DNA from: Candidatus Marinacidobacterium sp.
GTDB lineage: Bacteria; Acidobacteriota; Vicinamibacteria; Marinacidobacterales; Marinacidobacteraceae
Assembly: GCA_965220965.1 (NCBI GenBank)
Contig: OZ244852.1
Span: 1,984,001-2,048,000, forward strand
Direction of reading: 5' to 3'
DNA length: 64,000 nt
Positions 19,800 to 30,199 of the stretch are shown one piece after another. Positions within the stretch are counted from its first letter, which is position 1. Every line of letters begins with the position of its first letter. The translations under genes were made by a program, and so were the position numbers. The notes under the pieces are model-generated. The model was not told where the DNA came from. It searched no databases and saw nothing but the letters and a program-made list of their open reading frames with translations.

Positions 19800-21266
19800 T
19801 CAGGGGACCTTCTCGGAGTAGTTCACGCCGATGAAGATGCGCACCGGGGCGCCCGAGGCGTCCATCTCGAAGCGGACCAGCTCGCCGTGGGCGCCGAAGC
19901 CGTCGCTCTCGAGGCGGAAGGTGTGCGGTTCGTCGGTGGGGCGGAGGACGCCCTTCGAGCGGTCCGGGTTCTCCGACAGGGGCGAGAGGACCACGAGATC
20001 GTCTTCGAGACGCAGCACGCTGGTGTCCCCCCAGCGGTTGCGGTACGTGCCCAGATAGGCCTCCCAGGCGTCGGCGAAGACGGACTTCTTCTCTTCCTTG
20101 GCGCTGGCGGCCAGGTGGGGCGCCACCCATTCGAACGCCTTCGTGACGTACCGGCCCGGGTTGCCGTCCCCGCCGTTGGTGAACACCACGACGCCGACCT
20201 TCTCCTCGGGGCTCAACTGCGTCTGGGTGCGGTAGCCGGGGTAGGAGCCGCCGTGGCCGATGAGGTCCCGGTCCTCGGTGTGGCGGATCGAGAACCCGAG
20301 CCCCCAGCCGCTCCGCCAGTCGGGCTGGAGCCACTGGACCCGCTGCATCTCGAGCAGGGTGTTCGTCGAGAGGACCTCCTCGCTGCGCCGGTCGCGCACC
20401 CGCATCTGCCACATCAGGAACCGGAGCATGTCGGGCACGGTGGACGAGAGCCCGGTGGCGGGGTCGAAGGCGTGGGCGTCCACGAACGGCATCGTCTGTC
20501 GAGCCCCGTCGGGCATCCGCCGGGTGTAGCCGGTCGCGAGCCGGTCGCGCTGCGCCTCGGGGACCGGACCCATGCTCGTCGAGTCCATGCCGAGCGGCTC
20601 GAGGATCCCGTCGCTCACCAGATCGCCAAACGAGGCGCCGCCCGCCGCTTCGGCCACCATCCCCGCGAGGGTGAACCCGAGGTTCGAGTACTTCCACTTC
20701 GTCTCCGTCGGGTAGGTCGTTTCCTGATCGGAGACGGTGGCGCGCACCGCATCGGCCCCCGGGAACTCGAAGTCGGTCCACGCCGGGTGCGCGGACTCCC
20801 GCGGCAGCCCGCCGGTGTGCGTCAGCAGGTGGCGGACGGTGAGCGGCGCGGCTTTGGGATGGCGGTTTTCGATGTCGAACCACGGCAGGTGCTCGGTCAC
20901 CGGGTCGTCGAGGCGGAGCGTTCCGGCCTCCCGCTCGCGCAGCACCGCGATCGCGGTGAAGAGTTTGGAGTGCGAGGCGATCCGGAAGATGGAGTCCTCG
21001 GTCATCGGGACCCTGGGCTCCATCGAGGCGTGTCCGTAGGCCTTGAGCCAGACGACCTCCTGGTCGTGGACGATCCCGATCACGAGGCCCGGCGGACCGC
21101 TGTATTCCATCTGGGAGGTGATCCAGGTGTCGAGGAGCGTCAGCCCGCCCTGGACCGCCGGATCGTCGGAAGCGGCGGCCGACGGAGCCTGGACGGCCCC
21201 GACGAGCGTCAGGGCGAGCGCGAACGGGAGCGAGCGGCGGGCGGCGCCGCGGACCGTGCGGATCAT
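19800..21266 (-). CDS. Secreted serine hydrolase (beta-lactamase/D-aminopeptidase-like)
   Basis: Signal peptide; FRIASHSK, LLTHTGG, YSN, GHGGSYPGY. Confidence 0.9.
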   Translation of the reverse strand: MIRTVRGAARRSLPFALALTLVGAVQAPSAAASDDPAVQGGLTLLDTWITSQMEYSGPPGLVIGIVHDQEVVWLKAYGHASMEPRVPMTEDSIFRIASHSKLFTAIAVLREREAGTLRLDDPVTEHLPWFDIENRHPKAAPLTVRHLLTHTGGLPRESAHPAWTDFEFPGADAVRATVSDQETTYPTETKWKYSNLGFTLAGMVAEAAGGASFGDLVSDGILEPLGMDSTSMGPVPEAQRDRLATGYTRRMPDGARQTMPFVDAHAFDPATGLSSTVPDMLRFLMWQMRVRDRRSEEVLSTNTLLEMQRVQWLQPDWRSGWGLGFSIRHTEDRDLIGHGGSYPGYRTQTQLSPEEKVGVVVFTNGGDGNPGRYVTKAFEWVAPHLAASAKEEKKSVFADAWEAYLGTYRNRWGDTSVLRLEDDLVVLSPLSENPDRSKGVLRPTDEPHTFRLESDGFGAHGELVRFEMDASGAPVRIFIGVNYSEKVP

Positions 21267-21298
21267 GAGGAGTCCCTCCTGCTGCTGCGGCGCCGGAT

Positions 21299-22528
21299 TC
21301 AGCGCCGGTAGACGACTTCGCCGTCCACGATGACGACCGCGGTCTTCGTCCAGGTCGAGATCGGATGTCCATCCCAGACGACGAGGTCCGCGTCGAGGCC
21401 GGGGGCCACCCGGCCGAGCCGGTCCCCCACCCCGAGGATCTCCGCCGCGTCGGCGGTGACCGCCCGGAGCGCGGCGTCGCGCGGCAGCCCGTGCGCCGAG
21501 GCGAGCACCGCTTCCATCCAGACCGAGCGGCCCCGACCCCCGAACGTGGAGAGCGCGACCCGGACGCCGGCGCGATGGAGGATCCCGGCGGCGGCCGGGG
21601 TGTGGCCGCGAAGCTCCATCGGTCCGCCGTCGCCGATCCCGAGCACCATCGGACCCACGACGACCGGCACGCCCGCTTCGGCGAGCCGCTCGGCGACCTG
21701 GGGCGCGCCCGCCGCCTGGTCCACGACGAGGCGCAGGTCGAACTCGCCGGCGACCCGCAGCGCCGTCTCGATGTCGTCCGGGTAGTTGGCCACCATCCGG
21801 AGCGGGATCTCGCCGGCGAGCAGGCGTCCCAGCGTGCGGCCGGCCTCGCCGCCGATCGAGTCCTCCCCGGCCGCCACCAGCGTGTTCCGGAGGTCGTAGA
21901 TCATCCCCTGCCGGGTCGTGCGGCGGGTGGGAGCGTCGCGCCCGGGCGGCCGGTCGCCGACCGCGCTCTCGCCGAACGAGGCGGCGACCGCAACCTCTTC
22001 GTCAACCACCGCGGTGTCGCTGGACCCGGCGAGCTTCACGACGGCGCCGGTCCCGCCGAGCAGCAGCCCGGGGTCCGGCGCCAGGTAGACCGCGGTCACG
22101 CCGGAGCGCAGCCAGAGCGGCGCGAGGTCCTCGCGGAACCGGTCCACCGCCCGGAACGCCGGCAGCACCGGGTCCTCGCCCAGCATCGACGGAGGCGCTT
22201 CCTCGTCTCCCGGGCCACGCTCGCCGAGCGAGGTCTGGGCGTCGAGGAGGCCGGGCGTGACCACCAGCCCCTCGGCGGAGACGACCTCGGCCCCCTCGGG
22301 GACCTCGAGATCGGTCCCCACGGCGGTGATCTTGCCGTCCGCGACCAGCACCGTCGCGCCGGAGAGGACGCTCCCGTCCCCGGTGTGGACCTCGCCCCCC
22401 ACGACCGCCAGCGTCTGCGCGCCCGCGGCGGGCGCGCCTGCGACGAGCGCGCCTGCGGCGAGCAACAACAGGAGAGCGAGGCGCAACGAACCGCGCGACG
22501 AACCGCGCAACGGGGGCTGCCGGGACAT
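21299..22528 (-). CDS. Amidohydrolase-family protein, secreted, lacking HxH metal ligands
   Basis: VLVADGKITAVG, VTPGLLDAQTSLG, ALRAVT..AAEILGVGDRLGRVAPGLDADLVVWDG. Confidence 0.82.
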   Translation of the reverse strand: MSRQPPLRGSSRGSLRLALLLLLAAGALVAGAPAAGAQTLAVVGGEVHTGDGSVLSGATVLVADGKITAVGTDLEVPEGAEVVSAEGLVVTPGLLDAQTSLGERGPGDEEAPPSMLGEDPVLPAFRAVDRFREDLAPLWLRSGVTAVYLAPDPGLLLGGTGAVVKLAGSSDTAVVDEEVAVAASFGESAVGDRPPGRDAPTRRTTRQGMIYDLRNTLVAAGEDSIGGEAGRTLGRLLAGEIPLRMVANYPDDIETALRVAGEFDLRLVVDQAAGAPQVAERLAEAGVPVVVGPMVLGIGDGGPMELRGHTPAAAGILHRAGVRVALSTFGGRGRSVWMEAVLASAHGLPRDAALRAVTADAAEILGVGDRLGRVAPGLDADLVVWDGHPISTWTKTAVVIVDGEVVYRR

Positions 22529-23841
22529 CACCACCCCTCCGCCACCCGGGGCCCGAAGACGTTGTATCCGGTCGCGCGGTTGAAGACCTCCACCCCGTCG
22601 ACCCAGACCCGCTCGACCAGGCTCTCCCAGGCGAGCGGGTCCTCCCCGCTCAGGAGCACGATGTCGGCGTCCTTCCCGGGTTCGAGGCTCCCGATCCGGT
22701 CCTCGACGTGGAAGATCCGGGCGCCGTTCAGCGTCAGCGCCCGAAGCGCCTCCTCCCGCGGCATCCCCTGCCGCACGAACATCGCGCCGGTGTGCCGGAG
22801 GAAGTACTGGTGGCCGTCGGGATGATCCTGGTGGAATGCGACGAGCCCGCCCAGTTCCGCGAGCCGCACCGGCCCGAGGAGATCGGGACTGTCGGGATGG
22901 TCGAACGGCAGCACCGGACCGAAGCTGACCGGCACGTCGAGGCGCGCCATCTCCTCGGCGTGGACATCGGTCCGGTCGCCGTGGTGGATGTAGAGGTCGA
23001 GGTCGAACCGCCGCCTCAGCTCGATGGCGTGTCCCATCTGCTCGGCGGAGTGCGAGTGCACCCCGACGACCGACTCGCGGTTCAGCAGCCGCCCGAAGGC
23101 CTCGCGGGTCAGGTTCCGCGGGGGCCGGGGGCTCGACGGGTCGGCCTCGTGGGCGGCGATCGCGTCGAGGTACTCCTGCGCCGCGTCCAGCTCCGCGGCC
23201 AGCAGGTCGAAGACGCCCTGCTCGGTCTGGGGGAAGCCGGGGTAGGGCGTCGTCGCCCGGATCGCGAACTTCATGCCGGCGTCCGCGAAGAACATGTTCT
23301 CCACGGTCCCGCCGCGCATCTTCACCAGCACCGCCTGCCCGCTGTTCGGGCTCCGGCTGCCGGTGGTGATGTTCTGGGTCGTGATCCCGGCGGCCACCGC
23401 GATCGCGAACGCCGGGTCGCCGGAGTCGAGACCGTCCATCGCCCGGACGTGGGCGTTGATCGGGGCCGAGAGCTCGTTGTTGTTCGACCCGGTGGCGGGC
23501 AGGTTCAGCACCTTGAATCCCATGTGGGAATGGGTCTCGATGAGCCCCGGGATGACGCTCATCCCGGTTGCGTCGACGACCCGCGCGCCGGGAGGAACCG
23601 CCACATCGGCGCCGACCGCCTCGATCCTCCCGTCGCGGACGACGACCGTCCCGCCGGGGATCGGATCCGAGGAGGCCGGATGGACCAGCCCTCCGGTGAT
23701 CGCGAAGAGGCCCGGAACCGGCGCATCGGGGGCGCAGGAGGCGGCGAGCCACGATCCGGCGGCCAGGAGCGCGGCAGCCCTTCCAGCGCGCATCCCGGCG
23801 CGCGCTCCGGCTTGGCCGCCCTGTCCCGCTCGCGACATCAT
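22528..23841 (-). CDS. Amidohydrolase-family lipoprotein (metal-binding)
   Basis: Lipobox LAASC; PGLIETHSHMG, VHSH, HHG, DHPD, IGSLEPGKDADIV; start approximate. Confidence 0.85.
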   Translation of the reverse strand: MMSRAGQGGQAGARAGMRAGRAAALLAAGSWLAASCAPDAPVPGLFAITGGLVHPASSDPIPGGTVVVRDGRIEAVGADVAVPPGARVVDATGMSVIPGLIETHSHMGFKVLNLPATGSNNNELSAPINAHVRAMDGLDSGDPAFAIAVAAGITTQNITTGSRSPNSGQAVLVKMRGGTVENMFFADAGMKFAIRATTPYPGFPQTEQGVFDLLAAELDAAQEYLDAIAAHEADPSSPRPPRNLTREAFGRLLNRESVVGVHSHSAEQMGHAIELRRRFDLDLYIHHGDRTDVHAEEMARLDVPVSFGPVLPFDHPDSPDLLGPVRLAELGGLVAFHQDHPDGHQYFLRHTGAMFVRQGMPREEALRALTLNGARIFHVEDRIGSLEPGKDADIVLLSGEDPLAWESLVERVWVDGVEVFNRATGYNVFGPRVAEGW

Positions 23842-23902
23842 CGACGAAATCACGTCGCCCCATCGTACCGGAAGCGAACCGCGCCTCCGGGGGGTCAGAT
23901 CG

Positions 23903-24610
23903 TCAGTGGAGGGTGTCCCGGTGATGGTCGTCGAAGCGGGCGCGGCGCCGGCGACGCTGGAGGTCCTCCCACAGGCGCCCCCACGGCGTCTTCGGGCGGC
24001 CGTAACGCCGGGGAAGGAGACCGTCGCGGCGGAGCAGCAGGTAGCCCACGACCAGCCCACCGAGATGCGCGATGTGCGAGACCCCGTCGTTCGTGGCCGA
24101 GAGGGAGCTGGCGAACGCGATGAACCCGAGCGCGATCACGAAGTGGCGCGCGCTCATCGGCAGCAGGAAGAAGACGAGCACCTGCGCCGACGGGAACAGC
24201 AGCCCGAACGCGAGCATGACCCCGTAGACCGCCCCGGACGCCCCGATGGTGTTCGCGTGGAAGAACGCGTCCAGCGGCAGCATGGCCACCAGGCCGGCGC
24301 CCACCCCGCACAGCAGGTAGTAGCGGACGAAGCGGCGTTTTCCCCAGATCCGCTCGAGCGGCGCGCCGAACATGTAGAGCATGAACATGTTCATGAACAG
24401 GTGGAACAGGCCCCCGTGCAGGAACATGTAGGTGAACGGCCGCCAGACCTCGAGCGCGAGGACCCGGGGAGGGACCAGACCGAACCACTGCGCCAGTCCG
24501 GGCAGGACGATCTGGGCGAGGAAGACGACCCCGTTGATCAGCAGGAGCTGGCGAACTCCCGGCGGGATGCCGGGGCCGCTTCCGAGCGGGGACGCGCCGG
24601 GGGCGAACAT
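23903..24610 (-). CDS. Rhomboid family intramembrane serine protease
   Basis: WRPFTYMFLHGG..HL.MNM, GASG, AHLGG. Confidence 0.92.
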   Translation of the reverse strand: MFAPGASPLGSGPGIPPGVRQLLLINGVVFLAQIVLPGLAQWFGLVPPRVLALEVWRPFTYMFLHGGLFHLFMNMFMLYMFGAPLERIWGKRRFVRYYLLCGVGAGLVAMLPLDAFFHANTIGASGAVYGVMLAFGLLFPSAQVLVFFLLPMSARHFVIALGFIAFASSLSATNDGVSHIAHLGGLVVGYLLLRRDGLLPRRYGRPKTPWGRLWEDLQRRRRRARFDDHHRDTLH

Positions 24611-24621
24611 CGGTTCCGCTC

Positions 24622-27471
24622 TCAGGAGGCCCGCCGCGCGGCCTCGGGCGCGCCGAACAGCTCTCGCAGGTAGCGCCCGGTCCACGAGAGCGGGTCGTCG
24701 GCGACCTGCTCCGGCGTCCCGCTGGCGATGACCTCGCCTCCCTTGTCCCCGCCCTCGGGGCCGAGGTCGATCAGGTGGTCGGCGGTCTTGATCACGTCCA
24801 GGTTGTGCTCGATCACCAGCACCGTGTTGCCGGCGTCCACCAGCCGTTCGAGGACCCGAAGCAGACGGGCGATGTCCTCGAAATGGAGCCCGGTCGTGGG
24901 CTCGTCGAGGATGTAGAAGGTGTCCCCGCGGGAGCGCTTCGCCAGCTCGCGGGAGAGCTTGACGCGCTGCGCCTCGCCCCCGGAGAGGGTGGGCGAGGGC
25001 TGGCCCAGCCGGAGGTAGCCGAGGCCCACGTCCTGGACCGTCTGCAGGATGTTCAGGATCGAGGGCTGCGAGGCGAAGACCTGGACGGCTTCGGCGACGG
25101 TCAGGTCGAGCACTTCGGCGATATTCCGGCCCTGGTAGCGCACCGTGAGCGTCTGGTCGTTGAAGCGCTTGCCGGAACAGACCTGGCAGGACACGAAGAC
25201 ATCGGCGAGGAAATGCATCTCCACCCGGATGACCCCGTCCCCCCGGCAGTGCTCGCAGCGCCCGCCGGGGACGTTGAACGAGAACCGGCCGGGCGCGTAG
25301 CCCTGCGCCCGCGCCGCCGGCAGCGCGGCGAAGAGCGTCCGGATGCCGTCGAACGCCTTGGTGTAGGTGGCGGGATTCGAGCGCGGAGTCCGTCCGATGG
25401 GCGACTGGTCGATGTCCACAACGCGCCCGATCTCGCCGAGGCCCTCGATCCGGGTGTGCGCGCCGACCGGCCGGTCCGAATGCCCGAGCGCCCGCGCCAG
25501 TCCCCGGTGGAGCACCTCGTAGACCAGGGTGCTCTTCCCCGCGCCGGAGACCCCGGTGATGCAGGTGAGCGTCCCGAGCGGGATCCGCACATCGACGCCC
25601 TTGAGGTTGTTGGCGCGCGCGCCCACCACCCGGATCGCCCGCCGCGAGGAGCGCCGGCGGGCGGGCGTCTGGATCTCCAGATCGCCGGCCAGGTAGCGCC
25701 CGGTGAGGGACTTCGGGTTCCGGCGGACCTCGGCCGGGGTTCCCTCGGCGACGACTTCGCCGCCGTAGACCCCGGCGCCGGGGCCGAAGTCCACGATGTG
25801 GTCGGATGCCTCGATCGTCTCGCGGTCGTGTTCCACCACCACGACGGTGTTCCCGATGTCGCGGAGACGATGGAGCGCCTCGAGCAGGCGGCCGTTGTCG
25901 CGGGCGTGGAGCCCGATCGAGGGCTCGTCGAGGATGTAGACGACCCCGGTGAGCTCCGATCCGATCTGGCTGGCCAGCCGGATGCGCTGCGACTCGCCGC
26001 CGGAGAGGCTGGGCGCCAGCCGGTCGAGCGAGAGGTAGCCGAGCCCCACGTCCTTCAGGAACCGCAGCCGGTTGCCGATCTCCTTGAGCAGCTCGGCGCC
26101 GATCACCAGGGCGGCGCCCCGGAGATCGAGTCCGTTCACGAAGTCGAGCGCCTGCTCGATGGACATCCGCGAGAGCTCGGCGATGGAGCGCCCGCCAACG
26201 TCGACCGCCAGCGCTTCCGGCCGCATCCGGCTCCCCTCGCAGGCCCGGCAGGTCCGGTTCGAGAAGAACCGGCCGTAGTAGCGGCGCGCGCGGTCGGACG
26301 AGGTCTCGCGCATCCGCCGGGTGAGGAGCGGGAGCACGCCTTCCCAGTGAACCCGCCGGGTGGAGCCGTGGTAGGCGACTTCGATCCGCTTCGTCCCGGC
26401 GCCCAGCAGGAGGATGTCGCGCTTCGACTGCGCCAGCCGCCGCCAGGGCTGGATGAAGGAGATGTTGAACCGGCGCGCCACCTCGCGGATCACGGTGGCT
26501 TCCCAGCCGCCGCGTTCGGCGAACGGGCCCCAGAGCGCCACCGCCCCCTCGTTCACGCTGCGCGACGGATCGGGCACGACGAGATCCGGGTCGACCTCGC
26601 TGCTTGACCCGAGCCCGTTGCAGGCGGCGCACATTCCCTGGGGGCTGTTGAAGGAGAACAGTTGGGGCGTCAGTTCGGGGAAGCCGATCCCGCAGACCGG
26701 GCAGCCGCCCTTCTCGGAGAAGAGGCGGTCGGCTTCCTCGCCCTCCACCTGGACGGCGAGGCTCCCGTCCCCTTCGCGCAGGGCGGTCTCGACCGAGTCG
26801 GTGACCCGCCCGCGCCATTCGTCGTCGGGCGACTCGGGGCGGAGCAGCCGGTCCACCACGATGTCCACATCGTGCTTCTTCCGCTTCTCGAGCGCGGGGA
26901 CGTCCTCGACCCGGCGGATCTCGCCGTCGATCCGCGCCCGCGCGTATCCGCGGCGGAGGATGGACTCGAGCGTTCCCTTGAACTCGCCCTTGCGGTTCAC
27001 CACGACCGGGGCGAGCACCAGGAAGCGCGCCCCTTCCGGGAGGGCGGCGAGCTCGTCCACGATCTCCTGGGCGCTCTGCGGCTTTACCGGGCGTCGGCAA
27101 CGGGGGCAGTGGGCGACGCCGATCCGGGCGAACAGGACCCGGAGGTAGTCGCTGATCTCGGTGATCGTGCCGACGGTGGAGCGCGGGTTGTGGCTCGCGG
27201 ACTTCTGGTCCACCGAGATCGTCGGCGAGAGCCCGGTGATCGTGTCGTAGAGGGGCTTGTCCATCTGCCCCAGGAACTGGCGGGCGTAGCTGGACAGCGA
27301 CTCGACGTACCGCCGCTGTCCTTCGGCGTACAGGGTGTCGAGCGCCAGCGACGACTTGCCGGAGCCGGAAACGCCGCTCAGAACGACGAGGCGCTTCTTC
27401 GGGATCCGAACGGTGATGTTCTTGAGATTGTGTTGCCGGGCGCCCCGCACCACCAGGGTGTCGGGTTCCAT
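24622..27471 (-). CDS. uvrA: Excinuclease ABC subunit A
   Basis: [42 protein letters not shown], zinc-finger CxxC pairs. Confidence 0.98.
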   Translation of the reverse strand: MEPDTLVVRGARQHNLKNITVRIPKKRLVVLSGVSGSGKSSLALDTLYAEGQRRYVESLSSYARQFLGQMDKPLYDTITGLSPTISVDQKSASHNPRSTVGTITEISDYLRVLFARIGVAHCPRCRRPVKPQSAQEIVDELAALPEGARFLVLAPVVVNRKGEFKGTLESILRRGYARARIDGEIRRVEDVPALEKRKKHDVDIVVDRLLRPESPDDEWRGRVTDSVETALREGDGSLAVQVEGEEADRLFSEKGGCPVCGIGFPELTPQLFSFNSPQGMCAACNGLGSSSEVDPDLVVPDPSRSVNEGAVALWGPFAERGGWEATVIREVARRFNISFIQPWRRLAQSKRDILLLGAGTKRIEVAYHGSTRRVHWEGVLPLLTRRMRETSSDRARRYYGRFFSNRTCRACEGSRMRPEALAVDVGGRSIAELSRMSIEQALDFVNGLDLRGAALVIGAELLKEIGNRLRFLKDVGLGYLSLDRLAPSLSGGESQRIRLASQIGSELTGVVYILDEPSIGLHARDNGRLLEALHRLRDIGNTVVVVEHDRETIEASDHIVDFGPGAGVYGGEVVAEGTPAEVRRNPKSLTGRYLAGDLEIQTPARRRSSRRAIRVVGARANNLKGVDVRIPLGTLTCITGVSGAGKSTLVYEVLHRGLARALGHSDRPVGAHTRIEGLGEIGRVVDIDQSPIGRTPRSNPATYTKAFDGIRTLFAALPAARAQGYAPGRFSFNVPGGRCEHCRGDGVIRVEMHFLADVFVSCQVCSGKRFNDQTLTVRYQGRNIAEVLDLTVAEAVQVFASQPSILNILQTVQDVGLGYLRLGQPSPTLSGGEAQRVKLSRELAKRSRGDTFYILDEPTTGLHFEDIARLLRVLERLVDAGNTVLVIEHNLDVIKTADHLIDLGPEGGDKGGEVIASGTPEQVADDPLSWTGRYLRELFGAPEAARRAS

Positions 27472-27586
27472 GCGAGATGTGCAGTCTAGTCGGGGGAGAG
27501 GGGGCGCGGCCCCGGAAACGGCGGCGGTTTCAGGTCCCCGAAACCGGGGCGCACCCCCCTCGCCGGAAGGTGAATCGGGGCCTGCG

Positions 27587-28990
27587 ATGATCTCCCCCGT
27601 GTTGCGGCGCTTCGCGGGTCTCGACATCTACGCGGTCCTCTTCGGCCTGATCCTGCTGGCCGCCGCCGCGACCTGGATCGTCCCCGCCGGTTCCTACGAG
27701 CGGACGCTCCTCCCCGACGGCCGCGAGACCGTGGTTCCCGGGTCGTTCCGGACCGTCGAGCCCTCGCCGGTCGGGGCGATGGACGTGCTGACCGCGATCC
27801 CCGACGGCCTCGCCGAGGCCGACGCCATCGTGTTCCTCGTGCTCCTCGTCGGGGGCTCGGTCGGCGTGGTGGCCCGCGCCGGCGTCCTGCATCTCGGGAT
27901 CCACCGCCTGCTGCGTCTCGGCGGAGGCCGGGTGGAGGTTCTGCTCCCGGTCCTGATGTTCGCGTTCGCGGCGCTGGCGGCGGTCGTGGGGACCCCCGAG
28001 CTGGCGATCGCGTATCTCCCCATCCTGACCCCGCTCATGCTTCGGCTGGGTTGCGACCGGATGACCGCACTCGCGGCGTGTCTCCTCCCAACGACGCTCG
28101 GGGCCGCGTTCGGGCCCGCGGTCCCGGCGAGCGTCGGGATCGGCCACCAGCTCGCTGGCCTGCCGATGTTCTCGGGGGCCGGCTACCGGGGCGTCTTCTG
28201 GTTCGTCATCCAGGTGGCGGCGATCTGGTTCGTGGTGCGCCACGCCCGCCGCGTGCGGCGCTCCGGGAGCGTGGAGGCCCCCGAGCGGACCGAGACCGCC
28301 GACGGAGGGGAGGCCGCCCCGGATCCCGAGACGCGCTCCTTCAGCCGGAGGCAGCGCATCGCCGGGGCGCTTGCGCTTCTCATGTTCGGCGGGTTCGTGG
28401 CGGCGGTGCTCGGGGTCGGACTCGGGTTCGCCGAGATCTCCGGGCTCTTCGTCGCGATCGCGGTGGTGACCTCGCTCATCGCCGGACGCGGCGTCAACCG
28501 AATCTGCGCCGACTTCAACGAGGCGTTCCGGGAGATCCTCCCGGGAGCGCTCATCTGCGGCGTGGCGCGCGGCGTTTCGGTCGTCCTCGAGGCGGGCGGC
28601 GTGCTCGACACGCTGGTCCACGGGCTCGCGGCGCTCGTCGGCAACCTGCCCGAGGCGCTGACCGCCGTCGGGGTCCTGCTGGCGCAGACCACGTTCAACT
28701 TCGTCGTCCCCTCCGCCAGCGGGCAGAGCCTCATCACCCTGCCGGTGCTGATCCCGCTCGCGGACCTCGTCGGGCTGACGCGGCAGGTCGTCGTCCTCGG
28801 GACCCAGTGGGGCGACGGCATCACGAACGTCATCTTCCCGACGTCGGGTTACTTCATGGCCGCGCTCGTCATCGCCCGCATCCGGCTCTCCGCCTGGGTG
28901 CGGTTCTACCTGCCGCTGTTCGCCGTCGTGCTCGGGATCTCGATCCTTGGGCTGGTCATCGCCCAGGGGATCCGGCTGGGTCCGTTCTGA
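27587..28990 (+). CDS. YfcC/AbgT-family (DcuC-like) membrane transporter
   Basis: [37 protein letters not shown]; many TM helices. Confidence 0.85.
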   Translation: MISPVLRRFAGLDIYAVLFGLILLAAAATWIVPAGSYERTLLPDGRETVVPGSFRTVEPSPVGAMDVLTAIPDGLAEADAIVFLVLLVGGSVGVVARAGVLHLGIHRLLRLGGGRVEVLLPVLMFAFAALAAVVGTPELAIAYLPILTPLMLRLGCDRMTALAACLLPTTLGAAFGPAVPASVGIGHQLAGLPMFSGAGYRGVFWFVIQVAAIWFVVRHARRVRRSGSVEAPERTETADGGEAAPDPETRSFSRRQRIAGALALLMFGGFVAAVLGVGLGFAEISGLFVAIAVVTSLIAGRGVNRICADFNEAFREILPGALICGVARGVSVVLEAGGVLDTLVHGLAALVGNLPEALTAVGVLLAQTTFNFVVPSASGQSLITLPVLIPLADLVGLTRQVVVLGTQWGDGITNVIFPTSGYFMAALVIARIRLSAWVRFYLPLFAVVLGISILGLVIAQGIRLGPF

Positions 28991-29040
28991 TCCGGAAGCG
29001 CAGCCCCCGGATAGCCTTGGCCCGAAGGGAGAACGACCCC

Positions 29041-29583
29041 GTGAAGACCCACCTGCTCACGCCCGAACCGCTGACTCCCGAGGCCTTCGCCCCCTTCGGC
29101 GAGGTCATGGAAGCGAAGGAGCGCCCCCCCGACACACGGCGGTTCTTCCCGCTCGACTTCCGCATCGAGGGCCGCACGACGATGGACGTGATCTGGCAGC
29201 CGCTGGCCGAGCCGAGGTTCCACATGCTGGAGCGCCACTTCGCGGTCACCCAGACGTTCATCCATCTGGGCGGCCCGCCGGCGGTCGTCGCCGTCGGGGC
29301 TCCCACGGATCTGACCGACGAATCGGCGATCCCGCCGCCCGATGCGATGCGGGCGTTCCTCATCCAGCCCGGCCAGGGCTACGTCTACCGGATCGGGACC
29401 TGGCACTCGCTGGACCGCTATCTGTTCGAGCCCCCCGGCTCGCGCTTCCTCATCGTGAACGTGGACCCGAATCCGACCCAGTTCGTGGACGCCCGGGAGC
29501 GCTTCGGGGTGGAGTTCGAGATTCGCCCGCCGGACCCGGAGGGCGTGGCCGCTATGGAACGCCCGCCGACCGACGCCGACTGA
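29041..29583 (+). CDS. Ureidoglycolate lyase (AllA)-like protein
   Basis: PEPLTPEAFAPFGEV, MLERH...TQTF, AFLI.PGQG..Y..GTWH; GTG after GGGAG. Confidence 0.78.
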   Translation: MKTHLLTPEPLTPEAFAPFGEVMEAKERPPDTRRFFPLDFRIEGRTTMDVIWQPLAEPRFHMLERHFAVTQTFIHLGGPPAVVAVGAPTDLTDESAIPPPDAMRAFLIQPGQGYVYRIGTWHSLDRYLFEPPGSRFLIVNVDPNPTQFVDARERFGVEFEIRPPDPEGVAAMERPPTDAD

Positions 29584-29974
29584 CGCACCGGCTCGACCTG
29601 CCGCCGCACCTCCCCGTTGACGCTGGAAGGACGGGACGAGGACACTCTGGCGGCCCGGTCTCCCGCCACCCTCCGCAACAGCGCGGGTCTTCCGGCGCCA
29701 TCCACGGGCTCCCCGCGGCCGCGCTCCCCGTCCCGCTGCCCCAGGCTCCCCTCCTCCGGATCCGACTCCCTCGACTGGCAAGACGGAGTGGGCCTGCCCA
29801 CATCCTTCTCCGCTCCACATTGTGCTCGGGTATCCTCCGGGTGGCAGCCGGCCTCGGGGCGCCCGGCGCGAGCATAGGCGTCGAGGGCCTCGCTATGCTG
29901 CCGGGTACTCACTCCTGCGTCGCGGCCACGCTGGGCGGACGCACTTGGTGACCGCCGGAGGACCACAGAAGACC

Positions 29975-30196
29975 ATGACTTGGACGGCCGAACTCCAGAA
30001 ACTCAGGAAATCCACTCCGGCTGTCGACGAGATCATGAAGGTGTACGAGCACGCAGATAGGGCCTACAAGGCTGCGTTGGTCGCGATGGGTCAACAGGCC
30101 GTTGATCCTTCAGCTACCGTGGCATCAACCAACACTGTCGTCACGCTGGATCGTGACGGCAGTTCGAAAGGTTCCCTGGACACTCGGAGACAGTAG
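29975..30196 (+). CDS. Small hypothetical protein (73 aa), first gene of low-GC cassette
   Basis: GGAGG SD upstream of ATG; MTWTAELQKLRKSTPAVDEIMKVYEHADRAYKAALVAMG...; lower GC than flanks. Confidence 0.6.
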   Translation: MTWTAELQKLRKSTPAVDEIMKVYEHADRAYKAALVAMGQQAVDPSATVASTNTVVTLDRDGSSKGSLDTRRQ

Positions 30197-30199
30197 GCC

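Noticed and set aside
12327-21266. The two beta-lactamase-family genes as antibiotic resistance determinants
   Set aside because: SxxK/LLTH serine hydrolases of this type are mostly esterases or peptidases, and class-defining beta-lactamase context is absent.
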